This document shows, one piece after another, positions 12,742 through 26,239 of a stretch of 64,000 bases of DNA; position 1 is the first letter of the stretch; each line of letters starts with the position of its first letter. The notes under the pieces were generated by a model. The model was given only the letters and a program-made list of their open reading frames with translations, made no database searches and was not told where the DNA came from. The translations under genes were made by a program, and so were the position numbers. This stretch comes from Octopus vulgaris (lineage: Eukaryota): NCBI GenBank assembly GCA_951406725.2, contig OX597815.1, positions 79,546,001-79,610,000 on the forward strand. Direction: 5' to 3'.

Positions 12742-13182
12742 CTGTAATCTTTATATCCAACTTAATGTGGATGTATTGTTAGAACACCGAATGTGCATTA
12801 TTAGCCTTGAAAGGAACTCTGATATGGACGCATGGTGCATAAAGCACGCATATTTATATCGTTGGCAGATGAGAACCGTCTGATGCGGATGCCGGAACAT
12901 CCAGATCACGTGATTTCGACGTACTCCGTCCCGTCAGTGAAAGACGTCTGGTAGCCGCATGCCAGCCGAATTTCACTGCCAACAATATATAGAATTTCAG
13001 TGACTTATCAGGCACTAATGTTGCAAATGGCCAGCAGGCTTATTAAAAAAATTATTATTTGCAAGTAAAACACTATTGATATCAAAAGGCCATCTTTACA
13101 TCCAGCTTAATATGTTTGCTTTGTTAGAACGCCGAATACTAGATTGTTTGTCTTCTGCGTTAAGTTGGATATCAAAATTACC
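12742..13182. mobile_element. Putative MITE with nested inverted repeats
   Basis: gtaatctttatatccaacttaa / ttaagttggatatcaaaattac termini; inner imperfect inverted repeat about 12857-12987. Confidence 0.45.
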
Positions 13183-13974
13183 TTTTGGTATTAACATTGC
13201 TTCTGTTGCTAATAATTAATTTCTATGTATTCATAAATCCCAAGAGCTTCGTCACTTCGTTATTGACCAGTTTGAATTCTGCAAACAAAAAGAAAAAAAT
13301 TCCAAAGAAGAAAATACATATATATATATATATATACATACATTTATACATATAAGTTTATATTCATGTAGATATATGCATGCATACATACACATACATT
13401 CATAAATACATGCATGCTTACATGCATATATATATATAAACATGCATACAAACATACGTATATTCACGCATGTATATCAACATATATTCAGACATACAAT
13501 TATACATAATTCATACGTGCATGCATACATACATACATGCATACATACATACATGCATACATACATGCATACATACATACACACATACATGCATACATAC
13601 ATACACGAAATCATACACAGTTGCACACACATATACACACACGTACCCCGCCACATATATACATACCTAGATAAACAATTGCTAGTGTCCTGAAGTATTA
13701 TAAAAGCAGCTTGACTGTCATCAAAGTGTTCAACAACTTTTATCACTAAGTAAAGCAACAACTTCCAATTAGTTAGCTTAGATTACATGATCAAAAGTAA
13801 AAATTAAAATATTTGCAATTAATTAGCGTAAATTTGTTAACTCATAATTGGTTTGGGATTATTATACCTTCGCATTGTAATTAATAACGCAGCAATTGGT
13901 GTTTTCTTCAGCTGTCAGAACAGGATCTGGTTTTCATGTGGTAACAATCTGTTTATCCTGCTGGTTTTCCCTCA

Positions 13975-14043
<69 letters not shown>

Positions 14044-14069
14044 CATGCATACATACATACATTCATACA

Positions 14070-14105
<36 letters not shown>

Positions 14106-14152
14106 TATATATACATATATAAATATACATATATATGTACATTATATATACA

Positions 14153-14400
14153 CAGTGTACATTTAAACACATAACAGTTGGCCATAATCGGACATCTAAC
14201 CCGCTTGAAGGAGTAGTTAAATAAATTACTTTCTTTGCTGAAGATAGCTTGAAACCATGGTCCAGGAAATAGATGGTAAATGTTTTTACTTTTCATTCAC
14301 TTTCGAAATTACCCCTATTTGTGGTTTGGACTTTAACTGCTCCCTCTAGCCGGTTAGATGTCCGATTATGGCCATCTGTTATGTGTTTCAAAGTACACTG
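14153..14400. mobile_element. Tc1/mariner-type MITE
   Basis: About 70-bp imperfect TIRs (cagtgtac...gtacactg), TA at the right end, no ORF. Confidence 0.8.
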
Positions 14401-14492
14401 TATATATCATGAATAATATATAGTCTATTGACTAGTTTTTCTACACGCTAGGCCACGGTGGTAAAAAAATTCTAAATAATATTTTACTTTCT

Positions 14493-14561
<69 letters not shown>

Positions 14562-14787
14562 TATATACACATATATATACACATATATATATGCATATAT
14601 GTATATACAAATATATATATATACATAAATACATATATATAATGATATATATACATATGTACATATGTATCTATATGTATGTATGTGTGGGGGATGCATG
14701 CATATGTATGTATACATACATAGGTGTGTGGGTGCATATGTAAGTGCGGCATGTCATTAGCATATATACTTGTTTACTAATACTTGA

Positions 14788-14837
<50 letters not shown>

Positions 14838-14840
<3 letters not shown>

Positions 14841-15030
14841 AGAGTTCACGAAAAAACAAAAGACGAAAACTGGTGGTCTAGAAAACAAACAGATGTGTTA
14901 GTATAACGCTCAGGAATAGAAAAAGGCTTTTACGTTTCGAGCTTACGCTGTTCTACAGAAAGGGACACAGAAAAAAAACAAGGAGAGAAAAAAATGTGTG
15001 TAGTGGCTACCGATCTATCATGGCGACTGA
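14838..15030 (-). mobile_element. Short PLE pLTR-like repeat, copy 2
   Basis: Homologous to 1536-1757; (TA)n on both sides; hammerhead-like motif 14927-14962. Confidence 0.65.
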
Positions 15031-15210
15031 TATATATATATATATATATATGTATATGTATTCTACAATTGAGATTTAGACATTCTCAGTATAGGAGACA
15101 CTTAGTAACGCTCAAATGATTCAAATTTAGATGCCAATGTCTTTACAGGGGATCATTTCCTTGGGGGTAAAGAATGGCTAAAAGAAGAATCAAGTTGAGC
15201 AGATATAGAA

Positions 15211-15496
15211 GCAATTACGAGGATTAACAAATTAAATACATTAAATATAACAGCTTGGGTATGAAATACAAAATATGTATTCATTCAAACATGCAAAACG
15301 AGAGAAAGCAAAATGGAGAAACTTTCAGACGATGAATATTTAAGTATAAATATATAGATATTTATATTAATAGATCCATTAATATAAATATCTATAACTT
15401 TGCTTTCTCTCGTTTTGCATGCATACATACATATTTTGTATTTCATATCCCAGGTGTTATATTTAATATATTTAATTTGTTTATCCACATAATTGC
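15211..15496. repeat. Foldback (about 100-bp inverted arms)
   Basis: 15211-15312 is the imperfect reverse complement of 15399-15496. Confidence 0.75.
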
Positions 15497-15506
15497 ACTC
15501 CTTCTC

Positions 15507-15581
<75 letters not shown>

Positions 15582-15625
15582 AGTATGGTTGTTAATTTCA
15601 TGTGGAAAGAGAAAATATGAAAATG

Positions 15626-17036
15626 GAAAGAGAAAAGATAAAAAAACACAGATTTGCTTTACACGACTAAAGTATATATTAGAATCATCATAGCGAAAGT
15701 ATTATACAATATTATACAAAATAAGATTTTTTCTTCCAACATAACCGGTTTCGCTAAAGCTTTTCAAAGTCTGAGTGTTGGATGACACTAAACAATACCT
15801 ATTATTTAGCTCATGCCACCCGAGACATATCAAAACAAATATCCCCTTCAACCTTGCAAAAAGAATTTGCACTATAGTGTCCGAAAAAGATACGAGAGAA
15901 CTAAGATTGCAAGAGCTTCAAAGTGTACTTACTAATGGACAGAAATTATCCAATTCAACTCATAAATAATTGGATTAAACGTGAAAAATCGATTGACATA
16001 GAAACATTAAGAAAAGTCGAACACAATAACATACCTACTCTGAAAACATTACCTTATGTCTCCACATACACCCCAGAAACAAAGAAGCATTTAACATCAT
16101 TGTCCAAAATCTCCCAATACTCCATAAGGACCCCAAACTGAAAGAAATTCAAAGTACCCATAAAATCATTAAGAGCAGTAAATAGCCAAAGGCATTAAAG
16201 ATAATCCTCATAACTGCTAAATTATTCTCAAGAATAACAGACGCATGAGTAAAAAAAAATGTGGTCGTCCTTACTGTAGAACATGTCCCAACCTTTTGGA
16301 AGGATCAGAATTCCATATTAGATAAGGGCAAATACTCAAAATTAAATCCAACTTCACTGGCACCAACGAAAACCTCATTTATGTAATCAAAAGCTCGGGC
16401 TGCCATAAAAACTATATAGGGTCTACAGGAATGACTGTCAGACGAAGATGTACAGTACACAGACAACAAATATCTTCCCCACAATATCGCTAGATATATC
16501 TCAGTCAACACATTGACAGATGTGCAGAGCAGCTGCAATCACAATTCCTAATTTTCCCATTATATCAATTTGCTATTTGCACCTCAACACAAGTGCAACT
16601 AAATAAAGAGGTCTCATTTATCGAAAAATATAAACCAGAATTAAATGTAAATCCATATTGAAAAGTAAAGATTTACCCCATCTATTGAATATAATACTGA
16701 CATAAGCCAGAATGAAATAAAATCAATATTCAAAATTGCATAGTTATCTCTCCTGTGCTGAAAAATACTTTGGTTGCCAAATTACACCCACTAGCAAACA
16801 AAATCTCTAACTCCGAATTGTATCCAACACTCAAACTTAGAAAAGCATTATCGAAACTGGTTATTATATTGGAAGAAAAAAAAATCTTATTTTGTATAAT
16901 ATTGTATAATACTTTCGCTATGATGATTCTAATATATTCTTTAGTCGTGTAAAACAAATCTTCTGTGCTTTTTCATCGTTTCTCTTTCCTTGTATGGACG
17001 CCCGACGGACTGGTCGGTCAAGGTGATCAAGGTGAT
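15626..17036 (+). mobile_element. 5'-truncated Penelope-like element (RT thumb, Cys linker, GIY-YIG) with inverted pLTR
   Basis: DTKQYLLFSSCHPRHIKTNIPFNLAKRIC...LPYVSTY...CGRPYCRTC...NLIYVIKSSGCHKNYIGSTG...FIEKYKPELN (frameshifted); 15626-15783 is the inverted copy of 16822-16989. Confidence 0.9.
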
Positions 17037-17051
17037 ATATACATACATACA

Positions 17052-18292
17052 CACAAACATGACAAGTAAATAGACACCTTTGTAATCATTAAAATTTATT
17101 TAAATCTGAAATTATGCATTCAGATTATTTATTGTTACAATGTGAATATTTAATATCTAGTAGACATGCCATTTGCATTTTTCAATGCAAAGACCCTATT
17201 ATACACGTTACTGATCAGATGACGAATATTCTTTTGCGGAATTTCTTTCCAAGTTTCACGTAGTAATCTCAAAAGATCTGGCTTTGAAGATGCGTTCTTG
17301 TTCTGTTTATGAAGTGTCCTTTTCATTATGCCCTAAACGTGTTCAATAGAGTTCATATCTAGTGACTAGCTTGGCCATGGAAATTTTTTTATGCCACTCA
17401 CATCCAACAAATCCTGATTCCTTTTCACCGTGTGACAAGGAGCCTCATCTTTCATAAATAAAGAGTCTTCTTTAATCATTTCACCACTGGAGAAGACTGG
17501 AAGAAATCCTTTCTGCAATATGAGCACATATAAATCTGAGTTTATGTTTCCTTCACACTCCACCAGCTCTGATCAACCATTGCTCCAAATTGCTCCCCAG
17601 ACCATCACCGAATAGCTGCTGTGTTTCATTGTTGGCTGTAATCTTTTCACACTAAATTCTTGATCACAGAGTCTCTAGACCCACACTCGACCACTGTCAA
17701 GAAATGCAGCTAATCTAGACTCATCAGAGAATATGACAGTGTCCCAAAATTCTAGTGGCCTTTGCACCATCTCACTGGCCCAATATTTTCTCCGCTTGAT
17801 GTTGGCTGGTCGAAGAAGTGGATTCCTTGTTGCTGCTCTGCCATAGTAACCAAGTTTGTGAAGATTCCTGACAGCTGTTCTGGGACTGACATCAACTTGT
17901 TCTGCTATGTCAGAGGCCTTGCAACGAGGATTATCTTCCACATTTAGCAATGAGAAGGGTCCTGTCAGAGGTCCCTGGTTGATCTGGGCGAAGTGATGTG
18001 GACTCTTTCCCCTCTCTGGTGAATTGCACAATCACTCTACTGTAGAAAGCGGAATCCCAAGGTTTTCTTCTATTTTACGTTGACTATGTCCACCTCCAGA
18101 ATGACACACAATACGGCCTCTTTGAAATTCAGACAGTTCCAAGGCTTCTTTTGTACATGGCGTGATTAAGCATTCACATATAGAACCTGAAACATAAAAA
18201 TGTCAATTAATAAAAAATATAAACCTTTACAAGTTAGAATAAACGTAAAACGATGTTTTATGGGGTGTCTATTTACTTCTGTCATGTCTGTG
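17052..18292 (-). mobile_element. Decayed Tc1-like transposon
   Basis: TIRs cacaaacatgacaagtaaatagacacc / ggtgtctatttacttctgtcatgtctgtg; minus FWDTVIFSDESR, FMKDEAPCH, WPS*SLDMNSIEHV. Confidence 0.9.
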
Positions 18293-18304
18293 TATATGTA
18301 TATG

Positions 18305-18336
<32 letters not shown>

Positions 18337-18386
18337 TGTATGTATGTATGTATGTATGTATGTATGTATGTATGTATGTATGTATG

Positions 18387-18708
18387 TCTCTTCTATTTTT
18401 TTAAATATTATAAATCTTCCACTGAGGAACGAGCCGATATCCAAAGAAAGAGATGAGGCTCCATCACATTTAGAACTTGAGAAAAATCTTGCATATTTTT
18501 ACTGTTCCACTCACAGATTGCACTTGTAATGTACGCATTAGCCGGTCGATTTCTCTTTCTGAAAATCCCAGTTTATCCAGATTCTCCTTTAAACGTTTAC
18601 TAACAAATCCTAGTGCTCCAAGTTTCAAAGAGATATTTATATCTGCAAGGCAGGTGACCTCTATGACGGTACATACCTTTGCCCGTCCGTTCCAAACGAC
18701 AATATCCG
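18387..18708 (-). mobile_element. R4/Dong-like RLE retrotransposon 3' fragment (second family)
   Basis: DIVVWNGRAKVCTVIEVTCLADINI...GALGFVSKRLKENLDKLGF...SVSGTVKICKIFLKF; TACA-type repeats at both ends. Confidence 0.85.
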
Positions 18709-18734
18709 TATGTATGTACATGCAATTATGTATG

Positions 18735-18768
<34 letters not shown>

Positions 18769-19022
18769 TGTATGTATGTATGTATGTATGTGTGTATGTA
18801 GACATTAATACATGATTTTGACTGGTGCATATTTTATATACTCATTCTCTTAAATCGATATATCTGAACAGATGGATTCACTTGTGTATATGTGTGCTTG
18901 TGTTTGATGTATGTGGTGGGATGTTTGTGTGCGTGAGAGAGAGCGTCTGTGTATGTCCTATGCATATATATTAGTATGCATACGCGCACACACAGAAATA
19001 CGTATACACACATACACACACA

Positions 19023-19091
<69 letters not shown>

Positions 19092-19680
19092 GTGTACAAC
19101 CTGTTGTATGGTCGGGCCGTCGGTGAGTAAACCGGCGATTCATTAGGCTTGTTTTGTAACAAGGCTTGGTTATCGTTGGATACCCTTGGTTTTCCTTGGA
19201 TACGAAAAACAGAACTTGTCAAAGGATGAATGAACTTAATAGAATCAACGGTCATCCAGCATCTGGGAGTGAGAAATCCCATGTCTTTGTTTGGGCATCT
19301 TTTTAGAAGGAAAACTCTGATCTAACACCTGCGATTTCGTTTGCATCCAACAATGTAAACTAGTTCTTTTTGAGCAAATACATACGTTATTAAGAGAGTG
19401 GTTGTGGCCCTATGCAAGGCCTTTCCTGACTTTAAAAAGCTTCAGAGACAGGCATCGCTAGATGTTTAACATGTAAAAAATTCTGTTACATGCTACATTC
19501 TATGGCTGGCCGTAATCGAAAAATGTATATATATGTATGTCACATATCAGTATATATATATATATATAGAAATTCGGGGTGAGTACTTGATAATTATAAG
19601 CACCTGTGTATACCGATTAGTGGTGTAGGTGGTGGAGTAAATTGATCAAAATAAAATAAAAACATGATGCGAAGGATTCA

Positions 19681-19758
19681 GCGGTACATATGTTTCGGGC
19701 TTTTATTAGACATATTTATAACAATGCATAATGTATGTCTGTGGCCTTCTTCAGCCGC
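19681..19758 (-). ncRNA. Predicted minimal type I hammerhead ribozyme
   Basis: Inverted copy of 19935-20012. Confidence 0.7.
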
Positions 19759-19934
19759 GCACAACAGCTTCCGCAAGGACATGTGTTACATCAAAAATTC
19801 TTGGTTGGGGATGCAAATCCTCTCATTCACGTACGACATAATGCGGCAGCAGCATAGAATTGAAGCGTCCATCTCTTTCTTCTCTCAATGTAGAATTTTT
19901 GATGTAACACATGTCCTTGCGGAAGCTGTTGTGC

Positions 19935-20012
19935 GCGGCTGAAGAAGGCCACAGACATACATTATGCATTGTTATAAATATGTCTAATAAAGGCCCGAAA
20001 CATATGTACCGC
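19935..20012 (+). ncRNA. Predicted minimal type I hammerhead ribozyme
   Basis: gcgg-CUGAAGA-a ggcc...ggcc c-GAAAC atat GUA-ccgc; palindromic stem III ACATATGT. Confidence 0.75.
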
Positions 20013-20048
20013 TGAATCCTTCGCATCATGTTTTTATTTTATTTTGAT

Positions 20049-20082
<34 letters not shown>

Positions 20083-20664
20083 CATGGGCGATTCTTTCTT
20101 GTCTTCGGATTCACGGTCAAACGGTTGGTTGGAATTGCGAAAAATTACACAGATGTGTAGAATGATCCGATGGTGATGCTGGGCTTTGTATTTTTTCATA
20201 GCTCCCATGGTGACCGAGATAATCTACTATAATAATATTCTTGTGTTTATGAATGAGAAAGGAAGGGGTGATAGATGAATAAGGAAGGAAGGGGTGATAT
20301 CATATTTGGTAGTGGGATGATGAAAGTTGTACGCTGAAAAAATTAATCAAACAGCGTTTCAACGCTGTGTGAATATATGTGTGTGTATGTAAAAAGGGGT
20401 ATGTGAATGCGTGTGTGTGCGTGTGAGCGCGTAATGGAAGTGGTTCATCTTTGCTCGCTTAGTATTTGGGTTTACTTTTTGACTTGGTTGAATCTTGGTT
20501 GTTTTTTTTTGTTGGTCAGTTATTTTTAGCGTTTTGACAGAAAAAAAAGTCATTCTAAAATTGTTTTTAACGTAAGCGTGCCCAAATAAGTCGAAAGCTT
20601 ACACAGAGCAGGTTTTACAGCCACATCATCCAAACCGACCAGTTGAAACTGGGCTTAGCTGCTA

Positions 20665-20706
<42 letters not shown>

Positions 20707-21436
20707 ATATGTGACAACGCAAGAAACTCTCGGCCCTCGAGTCATTCTGTTACTTCTGCTAAATATTAATAAAAATATGTATATACTCATATTTCGAGTT
20801 CTATTTTCCCTGTTTGCACCAGCACACAGTCACACACAGGCACACACAGGAACACACACATACACACACACATATATACACACATACATATGTATATGTA
20901 TATATATATATATTATATATGTATGTGTGTATGTGTATGTATTAGTGCGTGTGTGCATATATATTTATATATACACGTATATGTATCTATTGGTACATAC
21001 ACGCATATATACGTTATATCAATATACATGCATGTGTATGTAGGTGCACATACACACATGGACGATACATATATAGATGCATATACATACATACAATTAC
21101 ATACACTCATATTATATACAAACACAAACTCATATAGACAAACATAAATAAGCACGCTTTGTTTTTCTAGCGATAACCATAACATTGAAAAAAAAATGTG
21201 GGGCAATTAAATACAGGATAGACGCACACGGCACAAGACATCCCAAAGCAAAGGCTAATAATCCTATTATATAATTAAAATATAAGAAACCAGTGTATCA
21301 GGTTGAAAAGACAGTAAATAGGTCAAAAATGATATCACATATCTGATTATGGTCTTTAGAATTTCGAAGTGCTGATTTGATTCATTTATTCTTTATCCAA
21401 GACACGCTTTATCCCCCAAGCTTCCTTCCTTTCTTC

Positions 21437-21502
<66 letters not shown>

Positions 21503-21601
21503 GTTTTGGCCTTTTGTTGCTGCTCCTTGTGTTACTTTTGTTTTTGCTTATATTATTGTTCGTCCTGGTTGTTATAGCTTTTGTTGTTGGTGGACGGTTG
21601 T

Positions 21602-21692
<91 letters not shown>

Positions 21693-21834
21693 AACAACAC
21701 ACACACACGCATATATAATACATACAGATACACACATGTATATATATATATATATGATACGCAAACACACACACATATGTATGTACGATAATATGTACAT
21801 ATATACGTATATATGTATGTATATTATGTGCATA

Positions 21835-21950
<116 letters not shown>

Positions 21951-22442
21951 ATATATATATATATTCTATATTCTTTTTCTTACGGCGACAATGACAACGA
22001 CGATCATCATCACTAATGCTGCTACTACTACTACTACTACTACTACTACTAGTTTCAACATTAAGGAACTAATCATTCAGAGCAAGTGTGTAAATATTCA
22101 TGTCTCTTCCAACAAAGGCCGGACAAATCGACCTCTGAAAGCAAGCAATGACGTATTATAACTAAGTAACGTAATTTCACATACGCCCGCACGCACACAT
22201 GCACGCATGGGACGCACGCGCACCCGTACGCTCACACACACATGCATGCACACGTGCGCGCATACGCATACACACATATACACACACAAACACATTCACA
22301 CACTCACGCTTATGCACATACACATACACAGACACACACATACACACACAAACGCACACACACACATAATCACACTCGAGATTGTAAACACATTTTGTTT
22401 ACTCAGACGACAAAGACAGACAAAATACACATACAAACACAA

Positions 22443-22503
<61 letters not shown>

Positions 22504-22639
22504 CACACGCATGTATACAGTTACATGCATGCACGGCCGTGTGTAAGCACAAAGAGACATACAGGCACAGACACAAATAATTGATATTACAAAGCCTACT
22601 GGCCATTCGAATCCAGTCGCCTTTTATTCGTCGTAAATA

Positions 22640-23567
22640 CTGCGTGGTATCAAAAAGTACCCGGACTAGTTCTGTAGCTCACCAACAGATGGCAGCATAC
22701 GGTTGCGTGCGCAATGAGAGCTAGCAGTGACCTTCATGAGGCAGTGTGCCGAGTGACATCTCTGTGTCTACTTCGCAAGTTTGGAAGTTTGTGTTTTTGT
22801 GATGACGTGTATGCTGTGGTCACGTGTATGCTGTGGTCGCGTGTATGCTGTGGTCACGTGTATGCTGTGGTCACGTGTATGCTGTGATCACGCGTATGAG
22901 ATTTTTGTTACGGACAGGAAGCTGGAGAACGGTGCGAACGTGGAATTTTGCGTTAAACTTGGGAAGTCTGATACAGGAGACATTGAGCGTGCTTCGGCAA
23001 TCTTACGGCGACGAGGCAATGGGTCATGCGCAATGTTTCGAGTGGTACGGGCGCTTCAAAAATGGAAGAACGTCTCTGGAAGAAGATGACCGATGGAAGA
23101 CCTTCTACGAGTGTCACCCACGGAAATGTGGAGAAATTTCATCAACTTGTGCATGAGCATTGTTGGAGGACAATCAAAGATATTGCTGATGTTGTTAGTC
23201 TATCGCATGGGTCCGTGCAGGCAATCCTAACGCCTGAATTCTTCACGACGACAATGCAAACAGTTACTACGCTCTCCTCGCCCTATTCGCCATATTTAGC
23301 ATATACGGACTTCCATCTTTTTCTCAAGATGAAAATACAGCTCAAAGGTCCGCCGTTTTAACACCGCTGTCGAGATTAAGAGCGAATTTCAGCAGGTTCC
23401 CGACTTGCTTACCGAAAACGATTTTCAGGCCAGATTCCAAAAGTAGCAGGAGATCGGTGTGTTGCAGCGTAAGGTGACTATTTCTAAGGAGATGATATAA
23501 AAACTTAGGTAAATAAGTTATCTTTTATTAAACATAGCTAATCCTAGAACTCTTTGATACCACCTCG
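22640..23567 (+). mobile_element. Internally deleted mariner-like element
   Basis: TIRs gtggtatcaaaaagtac / gaactctttgataccacctcg-TA; NVEFCVKLGKS...CFEWYGRFKNGRTSLEED; PYSPYLAYTDFHLF; internal tandem cacgtgtatgctgtggt repeats. Confidence 0.9.
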
Positions 23568-23867
23568 TACATCGCCAAATACTAAATGTGGCTACCAAAA
23601 GAGAGCAGATACTCCCTCTAAGAGTGTATATTAATTTTGATAATTTTAACTCAGCTTTAAGCTTTAAATTTCTTGAAATTACTTTCCTTTCCCATTGAAA
23701 GTCGCCAACGATTAGCGCTGGATTTTTATCTTTTGTTTCCAATTCACTAACTAAAAAGGGATTTTCAATTAACTGAGAATGTCTTCCGGACATCGTTTCA
23801 TACATCACTTCTCTTAACATATTTATATTTATGCCATTGGCTCACTTTACAGCTTTATATTTTAATT

Positions 23868-23946
<79 letters not shown>

Positions 23947-24054
23947 CACCCCACCAACATATAACACTGTGATTATTGATGCAGATGGTATTGAATTTAA
24001 AGCTGACCTGAAGCTAAGCAACACATACACACATTCATACTTCATCTAAGCGAG

Positions 24055-24265
24055 ATATTTTAGCATAAGGTCAGCAATTTCCACGGGAGAGTAAGTCGAT
24101 TACATAGACCTCAGTGCTCAACTGGTATTTATTTGATCGACCCTGAGAGAATGAAAAGCAAAGTCGACCTCGGCAGATTTTGAACTCAGAATATTAAACA
24201 GAACCAGAAGAAATACCGCTAAGGATTTGTCTGGCGTGCTAGCTCCTTCCAGCTCGCTGCCTTCT
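24055..24265 (-). mobile_element. SINE family A (diverged)
   Basis: gaatgaaaagcaaagtcgacctcggcagattttgaactcag core reversed. Confidence 0.75.
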
Positions 24266-25826
24266 CTTGGTGAATAATAATAATAATAGTAAATGTTAAT
24301 AAAATGTTTTAAAATATCAATATTTCAACGACATTAACTTGCCGATGAACATGTGCAATACTTACGATAACATCGGCAACAAGGTTTTTTTATTTCAGAG
24401 TTTATTTAATTTCAAAACAATTTTATTTTCCAACATATATAAATCTACAGTCTTGTATATTTACTTAGTGATTCTTTTATCACTATTTCGGCAAATGAAA
24501 TTATTTCTAGTCATTGACTGGCACCGACTTATTCTTCAACATTTATTTTAGTTAGTCTTTTAATTCTCCGTGCATTTATTATGTCAACATTAACTTCACC
24601 CTTTGTTTTCCTAAGCCATTCACTTTGTGGTTCATTCACCACAATTTGAACAAGTACAACGATAGCTATGCTTTTCTGATGGGATCAGATTAAGACCTAA
24701 AAATGTTTGAAATTATCTCCCGTACATACTAGGAAAGAAAAAGTATTTAGCTAGTGACTAATGTCACGTTTTTCTCCCTAACCATATTTATTTCTAATTA
24801 GCTTTTTCAATGCTCTCTGCTGTAAAAATGTTAACACTAACTTACCTATTGTTTATGTAGTCGTTAAGCTCAACGAAAACAGACAATTTGGTCTCGCGAG
24901 ATATCAATATTCATGAGTTTTATGAGAGAGAAAAAACAAAAAAACAAAAACAAAATGAAAAAGTGAGGTGAAAAGTAAAATAATATATTTATTAATAGGT
25001 GGCATTATAATAAAAACAATAAGAACTATTTCAATTGATACATTCATTATTATTCATGACTTTTTTAATGAGAAAAAGGAAAAGAAAAAGTATAATACAG
25101 AACGAAACTTCCACAAAAAGAGAACTAGATTGAAAGTCCCTTTCAAACTCATCAACATCAATTTTAAGGTCGGCTTCCTTTTTTTTTATATCCGGATTTT
25201 CTCATAAAATGAAGAGCAAAGTTGAAGACGTGAGATTTGAATTCAAAATGTAAAAAGGCAAAACTAAATCCTGTAAAGTATTTTGTTCGTCACAAAACTA
25301 ATTCTGGTATCGAATGTCATCCACAATAGTAATAATGATATTTTCTAAGTTTGCTATAAGAGCACACATATTTTGAGGGAAGAGATATAGTTAATTATGT
25401 CGACTCCCGATGCTTCACTGATTCTTTATCGACCTTGAAAAACGAAAGGCAAAATGCTATAGTGCATCGAATTCCAAAAGACCTCATCTGTCACTCTACT
25501 GATTCTGCCAACAAATCACCTTTCTAACATAGGTACAAAGCCACAAATATTTAGGTGTGCTTACGGATGACATAAAATGTAACTAAATACTGAAATCCTT
25601 TTAGTCTGGCACTTTATATATTTACTACCAATACACCACAATTCTCTAGCCATAAGACCCTGAGATGATATGAACAACAAAAGGACGAATTGCAAATCAG
25701 TGGGGATTTACAGTGAGTAAAGGGAAGGCGAAATAAGCATAAACAATAGATAACAAAAGAAAACAATTTCAACAAGAAAAACTCTTTCAACAGAAGCATT
25801 TTTCTTGTTGATATTGCAATAGAGGA

Positions 25827-26224
25827 AGGCGGTGAGCTGGCAGAAACGTTAGCATGTTGCGCGAAATGCTTAGTCGTATTTCGTCTGCCGTTACGTTCTG
25901 AGTTCAAATTCCGCCGAGGTCGACTTTGCCTTTCATTTTTTCGGGGTCGATTAAATAAATACCAGTTACGCACTGGGGTCGATATAATCGACTCAATCCG
26001 TTGGTCTGTCCTTGTCTGTCCTCTCTGTGTTTAGCCCCTTGTGGGTAGTAAAGAAATAGGCATTTCGTCTGTCTTTACGTTCTGAGTTCAAATTTCGCCG
26101 AGTTCGACTTTGCTTTTCATCCTTTCGGGTTCGATAAATTAAGTACCAGTTGCGTACTGGGATCGATCTAATCGACTGGCCCTTTCCCCAAAAATTTCGG
26201 GCCTTGTGTCTAGAGTAGTAAAGG
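25827..26224 (+). mobile_element. SINE family A, dimeric form with target-site duplication
   Basis: Flanked by gatattgcaatagagg / gatatttcaatagagg. Confidence 0.9.
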
Positions 26225-26239
26225 ATATTTCAATAGAGG

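Larger units (their letters stand above)
19570..20052 (-). mobile_element. PLE-type foldback: pLTR plus inverted partial pLTR
   Basis: 161-bp near-perfect inverted arms 19641-19801/19892-20052; 90-bp spacer; unpaired tail 19570-19640; TA tracts on both sides. Confidence 0.8.

Noticed and set aside
22805-22895. Short regularly repeated units reminiscent of a CRISPR array
   Set aside because: Head-to-tail 17-bp tandem repeat without spacers, inside a mariner element in eukaryotic DNA
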